Under the pieces are notes generated by a model that had not been told where the DNA came from, made no database searches, and worked only from the letters and a program-made list of their open reading frames with translations. A DNA stretch of 49,548 nucleotides from positions 1 through 49,548 of IMG/VR virus record IMGVR_UViG_3300037692_000547. One strand, 5' to 3'. Positions 18,382-25,472 of the stretch are shown here, piece by piece (the first letter of the stretch is position 1; each line of letters opens with the position of its first letter). Both the position numbers and the translations under genes were made by a program. This stretch comes from a virus. Its lineage: Duplodnaviria > Caudoviricetes.

Positions 18382-18849
18382 TTGAATGAATTTTTCGGTT
18401 CCGTGAAATTGCCTGGCCTTACGTTCTTCGAGCCTACTGTCGATGGCCTCATTATTCTAGCCCAACTGCTGAAGAATAAGGCCGTGATGGAAGTTGGGGC
18501 TGGCACAGGTCTTCTGGCAAGCAAGCTGCAAAAGAGTGTTCCCCGGTACGTTCCAGTAGACCTGTTGCCCCGGGAGGGCACCTTTACTGAAGTCTACGTG
18601 CTGGATGCCACTCGTTTGAGCTATCTCAACATCGACATCGTTGTGATGGCAAGGCCCTGCCATGGCGACTGGGTGCATGACACCATTATGAAGGCGTTGA
18701 GTGATGGCTGCACCGTTTTTTACCTCGGGCTCCCAAGAAACGAGGATCAGGATTTGCAGTCACTGGTTGACGCTGGCAAACCATTTCACATGGCGGGGGT
18801 TATTCCGTTGGGAAAGGAAGGAGAGTTGCTTTATGTCTTCAAGCCCTGA
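18379..18849 (+). CDS. SAM-dependent methyltransferase-like protein
   Basis: VMEVGAGTGLLA motif I; PVD; LDAT. Confidence 0.65.
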   Translation: MLNEFFGSVKLPGLTFFEPTVDGLIILAQLLKNKAVMEVGAGTGLLASKLQKSVPRYVPVDLLPREGTFTEVYVLDATRLSYLNIDIVVMARPCHGDWVHDTIMKALSDGCTVFYLGLPRNEDQDLQSLVDAGKPFHMAGVIPLGKEGELLYVFKP

Positions 18850-19312
18850 TGAAAAATATGAATCCGCAGGCTCCATGTACGGTGGGAATATAGCTAACTT
18901 CCCCGGGTGGGAAGAACGCTTGCGTTCCAAGCTGTTGCCTGAATCTAGGCTCCGGGTGGACGTATTCGTCAGCAGTTACTCCGCTGTGGGTGGAATGCAC
19001 TTCTACCCCCATTTCAGGGTAGATGCAGACCCCTTCTGGAGCCCGGAAGACCATGCGTGGAGGGAATGCTGGGATTACCCTGCAAAGTATAAATCGCAGA
19101 GCCCCTCCACGTATGATCTTGTGGACGAAGTTCCTCTTCCCAAGGGAGGACTAGACGAGGACGGCAGATTTGTGTCCCTCACCGCCGCGCAAAATTGGGT
19201 GGAGCAAGTCATCGAGAAGTGTTTTCCTTCTGATAGGTATGAGGTGCACTGCGAATTCAAACGTCAGCGCACGTCACTGAAAGACCGGCAGCGGCTCGTT
19301 CAAGGTGATTAA
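18833..19312 (+). CDS. Hypothetical protein
   Basis: GGAG RBS, ATG 18833; overlaps the upstream gene. Confidence 0.65.
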   Translation: MSSSPDEKYESAGSMYGGNIANFPGWEERLRSKLLPESRLRVDVFVSSYSAVGGMHFYPHFRVDADPFWSPEDHAWRECWDYPAKYKSQSPSTYDLVDEVPLPKGGLDEDGRFVSLTAAQNWVEQVIEKCFPSDRYEVHCEFKRQRTSLKDRQRLVQGD

Positions 19313-19320
19313 TTGAAGTT

Positions 19321-19348
19321 TTTTCCTTATTCGAAAGGATCTCCCATG
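19321..19348 (+). repeat. 28-bp direct repeat, copy 2
   Basis: TTTTCCTTATTCGAAAGGATCTCCCATG. Confidence 0.85.
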
Positions 19349-19996
19349 CAAAACGATTGCCCTGAGGACCGGTTCCTGCGCGATGTTTCTGACCACGTCA
19401 TGACCGTTCTCCGTGATGATGGCGTCTATCGTCATCTCCGTTTCCGTAAGCCCGATTCCTCCGATATGTACTTCGACCTGATCACCTGGCCCGGGTACCT
19501 CTGTTATACGGGCGACATGGGAACCTACGTCTTTTCTCGCCTGACCGATATGTTCCAGTTCTTCAGGACGCCCGAGAGTTGCCGTCGTTCCGCTGGCAAT
19601 TCTCTTTATGTCAATCTCGGATATTGGGCTGAAAAGCTGGAGGCATCGGAACCTGGTGGCGTCCTCAAATTCAGCCAGAGTCGATTTCACGCCTGTGTTC
19701 TTGAATACATGGATGAGGCCGAGGTTTCGGACGACATTCGGGAGCGGGTCATGGACGAGATCCTTTCGTTCGAAGACGAAAGCGAAGATCTGGCCCGTCA
19801 GCGGGTGCGTGAATTCAATGACGAGCGGCTTTTTCCCGACTTTTGGGAAAATGATTTTCGGGAGTATGTTTTTCGTTTCAAGTGGTGCTGCTATGCCCTC
19901 TCCTGGGCGATCAATGTCTATGATGCCCAGGGCCCCTCTCCTCTTCCGTTGAAGGAACCTGACCCATGCTCTGTCCATCCTGTTCTGCTGTCGTGA
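19346..19996 (+). CDS. Conserved phage protein
   Basis: HVMTVLRDDGVYRHLRF..FDLITWPGYLCYTGDMGTYVFSRLTDMFQFFR..YWAEKL, a widespread family. Confidence 0.8.
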   Translation: MQNDCPEDRFLRDVSDHVMTVLRDDGVYRHLRFRKPDSSDMYFDLITWPGYLCYTGDMGTYVFSRLTDMFQFFRTPESCRRSAGNSLYVNLGYWAEKLEASEPGGVLKFSQSRFHACVLEYMDEAEVSDDIRERVMDEILSFEDESEDLARQRVREFNDERLFPDFWENDFREYVFRFKWCCYALSWAINVYDAQGPSPLPLKEPDPCSVHPVLLS

Positions 19997-20823
19997 AAAA
20001 GGAGGGGAACTTCTGCAGCCATTGCGGCTGCCAGGTCCCCATCGTCGTCGGGGAGAAGTTCCCCTTCGGCATTCGCTTCCCGGCCATGGCCCTGACTCCC
20101 GAGTTCGCTGCTGCTGTCAGCCAGGCGAAACGGGCCCCTCGGTACACCCTGCAGTTCGCCGGAACCGTGCGCTACCATGTCGCGCTCTTCGACCGGCCTC
20201 ATGTCCCCGACCTGGCCGAGCTTTATCGGATGGTCTATCAGTCGATCCCCGGCCGGCAGCCGCTGGTTGAGCATACCACCGATGGGGAGTCGTTCTTTTC
20301 GAGCCCTTCGTTCTGGTCCTGCTTCGCCCGGCAGCTCACCGACGGCGCCGTGGAGTTTCCCCTGGTGGCGCATGCCGGCTGCCGTTGTCATTCGATCTTC
20401 GGCTGCATCGCGGCCCAGGGGCGCCAGCACGAGATGTATCACCGCGAGGGATGGGAGGTCTTCTATAACCGGCGGCACGGCTTGTTCCCCGGGGGCGATA
20501 GTGGCGCCTTCGAAGACCGGCAGGATCGCGGCGGCCTCGTCTCTCTCTCCTTTGGGGATATTGACACCACGGTCTTTTCCATGGACCGGGCGAAGGTGAA
20601 GGCCGAGGCCATGAACATGATCCGCCGAGCGGGGGGGCATCGGTGCCCTTTGTTCTCACCTTCGGTCTTCGAGAAGGCCGTTCGCAATCTGCCGCAGATC
20701 GTCGATGTCGAGGTGATGCCGGACTGGGGGTTCTTGAACTGTACGATTCATGGGCCTGCGGTCTATCTGAAATGCTACAAGAATGAGGCGGAGATTACCG
20801 TCTCGGGAGGTCATCATGGTTAA
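19966..20823 (+). CDS. Zinc-ribbon domain protein
   Basis: N-terminal CPSC...FCSHCG. Confidence 0.7.
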   Translation: MLCPSCSAVVKKEGNFCSHCGCQVPIVVGEKFPFGIRFPAMALTPEFAAAVSQAKRAPRYTLQFAGTVRYHVALFDRPHVPDLAELYRMVYQSIPGRQPLVEHTTDGESFFSSPSFWSCFARQLTDGAVEFPLVAHAGCRCHSIFGCIAAQGRQHEMYHREGWEVFYNRRHGLFPGGDSGAFEDRQDRGGLVSLSFGDIDTTVFSMDRAKVKAEAMNMIRRAGGHRCPLFSPSVFEKAVRNLPQIVDVEVMPDWGFLNCTIHGPAVYLKCYKNEAEITVSGGHHG

Positions 20824-21229
20824 GTTTCTTCGCGGTTTTTCTCGTATCCTTGCATCTCTTCTGTTTCTGTTTCTGGCGCTGCTCATCTGGATCCTGCTTC
20901 TCCTGATTCCAGGTGAGAGTTCCGGCGCGGTTCTCGGCGAACGGACCTTCGCCGGCGAGGACGGTCCCCGGGTGTCGCGTGTCGAGGTCGGCGAAGCCTA
21001 TTCCGTTGAAGTGGTCGGTGTCTTTGCCTGTGCGGCCAATCCGGCCGGCGAGGGGGACCAGGCATTCATTCAGTATTATTGTTCCAACGGCTGGTCGTTT
21101 ATCACCAGCGTTTTCCATGGCGCCGTGGTCTTCCAGGAGCCGGGGTCTCGCGCCGAGTTCGTTCCAGAGGATTCGATCTTTGCCTGGTGGCATCGCACCG
21201 TGATGAAGCGGTGGAACGGGGTTCGCTAG
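20816..21229 (+). CDS. Putative membrane protein
   Basis: GGAGG RBS; long N-terminal hydrophobic helix. Confidence 0.7.
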   Translation: MVKFLRGFSRILASLLFLFLALLIWILLLLIPGESSGAVLGERTFAGEDGPRVSRVEVGEAYSVEVVGVFACAANPAGEGDQAFIQYYCSNGWSFITSVFHGAVVFQEPGSRAEFVPEDSIFAWWHRTVMKRWNGVR

Positions 21230-21259
21230 GTTGTTCATCTTAATTTGAAGGGAAAAATC

Positions 21260-21634
21260 ATGAATATTCTGGATCGCATCATTCAACTTCTGGAGAACGC
21301 CGAAAAATCGGCCCTCATGGAGACCGCCAGCTTCGGCTTCCCCAATGATCGCATCGAGGTTAAATCGGTCCACCTCGGCGGCCGCGACGACACCGGGCGC
21401 GTCGGTGACGTGCTGCATCCCACCGCCTACGTGCGGCAGATCACTCGGCTGCATCATCAGTCATGGATTGTCTCCCCGATCCGGGAGGCACGGAAGCTCC
21501 TGCAGACCCACATGGAACTGATTCGGGCGACGGAGGAATTGCGGGAGAGGTTGGATTCCGGAGAGCTGCAGGAGATCCTGTCTTTGGCCGAGCGGCTGAC
21601 GGACCTTGTTCGGGCCGGTCGATCTGTGGGGTAG
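21260..21634 (+). CDS. Hypothetical protein
   Basis: ATG 21260; stop lies directly before P6. Confidence 0.7.
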   Translation: MNILDRIIQLLENAEKSALMETASFGFPNDRIEVKSVHLGGRDDTGRVGDVLHPTAYVRQITRLHHQSWIVSPIREARKLLQTHMELIRATEELRERLDSGELQEILSLAERLTDLVRAGRSVG

Positions 21635-21636
21635 GC

Positions 21637-21688
21637 GCCAGTTTGCGGGGGAATCTTTTCTTTATTGAAGGGGGAGGCTTCCTCCCCC
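21637..21688 (+). promoter_or_regulatory. Repeated promoter-like motif P6 plus hairpin
   Basis: GCCAGTTT-GCGGGGG-AATCTTTTCT-TTATTGA-AGGGGGAGGCTTCCTCCCCC. Confidence 0.8.
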
Positions 21689-21719
21689 GCGCTTGTTCCT
21701 ATTGCCTTGGAGGTAGACC

Positions 21720-21908
21720 ATGAAAGCCTGCGAACTGAAAATCGAAACACCGAGAGGGTCGTTCAAGATTCATACGATTTACGAAAGCCAAGAGGCGGCA
21801 GCGGCGGACGGCTGGGGACTCTGGTTCCAGCATGGCCGCTATCTGATTCTCGGTCGGGACAACCGGGTTGGCGCGGTTGTCGACCTGGAGGCATCCCATG
21901 ACGATTGA
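21720..21908 (+). CDS. Hypothetical protein
   Basis: GGAGG RBS, 62 aa. Confidence 0.7.
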   Translation: MKACELKIETPRGSFKIHTIYESQEAAAADGWGLWFQHGRYLILGRDNRVGAVVDLEASHDD

Positions 21909-22059
21909 AATCATCTGCTACGATTGCGGGTTCCTGTATCAGATCAAAATTGATGCGCCATTGAAGCCGGTGGGTATCCGCGAAAAGGACCACGGCAAAT
22001 ACACTCGGTCCTGCCCGTCTTGCGGCGCAAAAAACATTCTCAAGATCTCGCTTGTTTGA
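21898..22059 (+). CDS. Small zinc-ribbon protein
   Basis: GGAGG RBS; CYDC...CPSC. Confidence 0.65.
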   Translation: MTIEIICYDCGFLYQIKIDAPLKPVGIREKDHGKYTRSCPSCGAKNILKISLV

Positions 22060-22091
22060 TTCTTTCCCCCCCCTTTACCCGGAGGTGCCAG

Positions 22092-22382
22092 ATGCCGCGT
22101 TTCACGGTAAGGCTCCATGAGTGTTCCAGTTCCGATTCGGCCGTTGATAAAACTGTCCGGGTTTTGCTTCGCGACTCCAATCCGGGGGGCCTCCCGGTCA
22201 CGGCACGGGACGCGGTTCCTGTTGCCATTCGAAAGATGTTCGGCAGGGAGTGTTTCTGGCTTCCTGATTCCGGCCTCGGTTTTTTCTACGGTCAGGTTTT
22301 CCGCCCGGTTTCCGCCCGGTCCGGCGGCGGGAACAGTTCGGTCACCATGCGGTCTCGCATTGACATTACGGAAGGGTGGTGA
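22092..22382 (+). CDS. Hypothetical protein
   Basis: GGAGG RBS, ATG 22092. Confidence 0.7.
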   Translation: MPRFTVRLHECSSSDSAVDKTVRVLLRDSNPGGLPVTARDAVPVAIRKMFGRECFWLPDSGLGFFYGQVFRPVSARSGGGNSSVTMRSRIDITEGW

Positions 22383-22385
22383 CCC

Positions 22386-22733
22386 ATGAAGTATTTCGGT
22401 GTTTCGTTCACTGATCAGGTCGGGTATCTGCTGGATCCGGCCTTCTTTGCCATGGCTCGGAGCTACTGGGGTCCTCGCCCCCTTCCTTCCGGTGCCGAGA
22501 TCATCGGCGGGTATCGTGACGGTCACCGGGCGGGTGCCTTGATCCGCCTGGTCAACGGGGTTTGGGTCTGCGGCAATGCCGGTGCGATCACCACGATCGA
22601 ACAGCCGAAGCCTGTTCAGCTTTTCTGCGCATACACCCATTGCCGGCAACCGTTCATTGTTAATTTTGGCAATCCGGAGACGCGCTGTCCGACGTGCGTC
22701 TCTCACGATGGCCGATCCACGAAGGAAAAATAA
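22386..22733 (+). CDS. Hypothetical protein with C-terminal Cys motif
   Basis: 115 aa; last gene of the array. Confidence 0.7.
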   Translation: MKYFGVSFTDQVGYLLDPAFFAMARSYWGPRPLPSGAEIIGGYRDGHRAGALIRLVNGVWVCGNAGAITTIEQPKPVQLFCAYTHCRQPFIVNFGNPETRCPTCVSHDGRSTKEK

Positions 22734-22768
22734 AAAAAGGCCCGGGGCATTTCGCCTCGGGCCTTTTT
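22734..22768. terminator. Bidirectional terminator between convergent units
   Basis: AAAAAGGCCCGGGGC-loop-GCCTCGGGCCTTTTT. Confidence 0.85.
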
Positions 22769-22809
22769 GCGTCTGCGTTCTGCATTGCAATGTTAGAGCA
22801 GGATCCGCT

Positions 22810-25278
22810 TCATGATGGTGCCTCCTTTCTCTTGACCTGGTGCCATCCGGTCTTTTTGTCGTGCTCCCATGTTCCGGCGACCTGCATCACGCGGATGTTT
22901 TTCCAACCGTTTGATTCGTGTGCCGCATATCTGTGATTGCCGTCAATGATGGTTCCTTTTTCGTCGACGACGATCGGCATAAAGTCGCCAATGTAATCGA
23001 TGTCGGATTCCTTCATTCTCCCGGCATTCCACTCCCGATGGATCCTGGCGGTTTCTGCCGAACTTTCGTTGTGGCGATCTTCTCCCTCTTGTGTCGGGGT
23101 GAGGTCGGCAATCGCCATGGTCTTGAGTTTGATCTTGATGCTGGGGTCGCCGGTAATGTTGCGCCTGCGCTGCCTTTCTATCTGCTCCCGGGTGGGATCA
23201 TAGTTGAGGTCCGGTTTCGGTCCCGAGAAGACTGGTGATGTTTCCTTTGACGGAGCTTGCTCGGCCAACCTCTTTTCGTATCCCTGGCGGAAGTCCTCGC
23301 GAGCCGAGGTGGGGACGGCGCCCTTCTTGCGAAGGTGTTTGCGATAGGCTTCCTGCTCGGTGGCGCTGCCTTTGCTTTTGCCGTGGTGCTTGGCCCGTTC
23401 GTATCCGGCATGGAAGTGTTCGCTGCGATTGTCCTCGTGTTCCTTCACGATCGTTCCGTCGCGGCGGGTGTACTGCCTGATATGGCTTTTCTTGATCAGG
23501 TACGTTCCGATCGGTATTTTCGAGGGAGCGGCCTTGAGGACTTCGTCTTTTTCCGATTGTGGTAGATCAAACACCCTGGCGGTAAGGTGGGTCTTGCCGG
23601 CGAGCATGGCTCCGACCGCTCGATGATTCCCGTCCTTAAGGACCAGCGTTCCATCGGACAAACGAAATACCACGGGATGGTTTTCGGCAGATTTCTCTTC
23701 GTCGAAATCTTTTGCTCGCTGTCGCACCTTATTTTCGCTGAGAGTTGTTTGAAGCGAGTGTAGGTCCTTGATGCGAACCGTCTCTATCCCGGCGAGCACT
23801 TTTCCTTTGGGCCCGAATAGGTCTATCAGGGCCATGCGATTTTCTATTTCGGCGTCGAGGGATGCTTGCCGAGAGGAGTGATCGAGGTGTCCTCCGAAAA
23901 CCTTCAAGGGGCTCTTTATTGCGTGGTCTCCGTTCTCCAGTTCCCAGAGTCTTTTCCCTTTGCGGCTGTCATCATGCTCCTGGACCCGGGTACCGTCGGC
24001 CCGGGTGTAGCTGCGGATGTGCGCCTTGGCCAGTTCCGGTCGCCCGGCTGGTCCCTGCCGTTTCTGCTCCGCCCAGGGTTCGAACCCGGTGTAGGGGTAG
24101 GGCCCGAGGCAGCTGCACCAGGGGTGGATCTGGCCGGTGACCGGCTTGAGGGTTTCGGCGCCGTCCCCTCTCCCCCCCGGGACGACCTTCCCCCCCTTGA
24201 CCGGGTGCGGCTTGCGACCGACGTTGTTCCCCCATGTTGCCATCTGATCGACCGGGAAGAGGCGCGGGGTGCCGTCTTCGTCGAGGTAGAGGTGCTTGCA
24301 TTGAGGGCAGGCCGTCGGCAGCGGCATTTTGTAGACCATCTTCTTCGGCCCCAACTCCTCCATGATCTGCATCGCCTGGCCCTGGCTCTTGACGTCGTGG
24401 AGTTCGTAGAAGGCGACCCGGTCCCAGTCCCGGCTCTTGTCGTCCATGGCATGGTGGAGTTCCGACTTGAACCCCTGCCAGGTATCGACGATCTTCTTCG
24501 GGATCGGCATGCCGAGGTCCCGCTTGGCCTGCTCGTCGAGAACCCGGGCGGTCAGGCGCTGGCCATGATAGTCGATCGCCATCTGCTGCACCATCTGGCG
24601 GTTGAACCGGGCGAAGATGCCGCCGGCGTCCTTGGCCAGGTCGTCTCCGAGCGCGGTGATGTAGTTGGCGGTCTGCTGCTCGGCAATGGCAATCGCGTGA
24701 AGGTCGGGCGCCTTGAGGGGCATGCCGAGGGCGAGCTGCAGCACCTCCTCGTAGGACCGGCCGACTTCGAGGGCCTGGTGAAGCCGGCCGAAGACGAAGG
24801 CGTTTCGGATCAGGCGCTGCTCCGGCGCTACCGTGGCTGCAAAGTCAGCCGGGAGAATGTCGCGGCTGATCAGGCCTTCCTGCTGCCAGCGGAGAAGGAT
24901 CTCGGGAGCCGGTTCGAAGTCGTCCTGCATCTGGGCGGCGATCAGTTCGAAGCGGTCGCGGATCGCCTGCTGTATCCGGCGCACCTGGTCCTTGGTCAGC
25001 GGCTTGGAGGGGGCGGTAGCCTTCTCCATCGCCTGGGTTGCGGTGATCCGGCTGATCCCCCGACGGATATCCAGCACGGCCTTGCGGTATTCGTCGCGGA
25101 AGAGCTGAAAGAGCGGCACCATGGCCTTGTCCTTCGGTTCCTTCGGCGACTCGCAACTGCATGCGGCCTTGGTCAGTGCCTTGACGAGTTCCTCCCCGAT
25201 GCCGGCGGACTCAACCAGGCCGCTAAGAGCCTTGGTGAGTTCGTCATCGGTGAGGTTGTGTCGGAGGGATAGCTTCAT
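22810..25278 (-). CDS. MuF-like head morphogenesis protein fused to two ParB/Srx-like domains
   Basis: Start 25278 (ATGA overlap). ACPQCKHLY...IHPWCSC downstream of the portal gene. Two DGNHR motifs (LVLKDGNHRA; PIVVDEKGTIIDGNHRY), each preceded by a KAH/KSH tag. Confidence 0.75.
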   Translation of the reverse strand: MKLSLRHNLTDDELTKALSGLVESAGIGEELVKALTKAACSCESPKEPKDKAMVPLFQLFRDEYRKAVLDIRRGISRITATQAMEKATAPSKPLTKDQVRRIQQAIRDRFELIAAQMQDDFEPAPEILLRWQQEGLISRDILPADFAATVAPEQRLIRNAFVFGRLHQALEVGRSYEEVLQLALGMPLKAPDLHAIAIAEQQTANYITALGDDLAKDAGGIFARFNRQMVQQMAIDYHGQRLTARVLDEQAKRDLGMPIPKKIVDTWQGFKSELHHAMDDKSRDWDRVAFYELHDVKSQGQAMQIMEELGPKKMVYKMPLPTACPQCKHLYLDEDGTPRLFPVDQMATWGNNVGRKPHPVKGGKVVPGGRGDGAETLKPVTGQIHPWCSCLGPYPYTGFEPWAEQKRQGPAGRPELAKAHIRSYTRADGTRVQEHDDSRKGKRLWELENGDHAIKSPLKVFGGHLDHSSRQASLDAEIENRMALIDLFGPKGKVLAGIETVRIKDLHSLQTTLSENKVRQRAKDFDEEKSAENHPVVFRLSDGTLVLKDGNHRAVGAMLAGKTHLTARVFDLPQSEKDEVLKAAPSKIPIGTYLIKKSHIRQYTRRDGTIVKEHEDNRSEHFHAGYERAKHHGKSKGSATEQEAYRKHLRKKGAVPTSAREDFRQGYEKRLAEQAPSKETSPVFSGPKPDLNYDPTREQIERQRRRNITGDPSIKIKLKTMAIADLTPTQEGEDRHNESSAETARIHREWNAGRMKESDIDYIGDFMPIVVDEKGTIIDGNHRYAAHESNGWKNIRVMQVAGTWEHDKKTGWHQVKRKEAPS

Positions 25279-25469
25279 CGTTGATCCTTTTGCCATTGAT
25301 CGCGGCATGATGCGTCGCACCAGCGACGGCCGGTGGCGACGGGTTCCTCGCAGGCGAGGCAGACCCCTGTTTCCTGGGGGCCCTCGGGGCGCCTCTGTTG
25401 CAGGGCGAGGTCGCGGTGGATTTCAGCGACCTCATTGGCCATGTCGATTTGATCCTTGCCGTCGGCCAT
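25275..25469 (-). CDS. Small TraR/DksA-like zinc-finger phage protein
   Basis: MAD..D.ID.ANE...CLACEE...RRWC...CRD. Confidence 0.6.
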   Translation of the reverse strand: MADGKDQIDMANEVAEIHRDLALQQRRPEGPQETGVCLACEEPVATGRRWCDASCRDQWQKDQR

Positions 25470-25472
25470 GGG

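Noticed and set aside
7985-21688. Repeated motif interpreted as CRISPR repeats or attC sites
   Set aside because: Spacing is irregular and kilobase-scale, no cas genes are present, and there are no AAC/GTT core pairs; position and polarity fit promoters.
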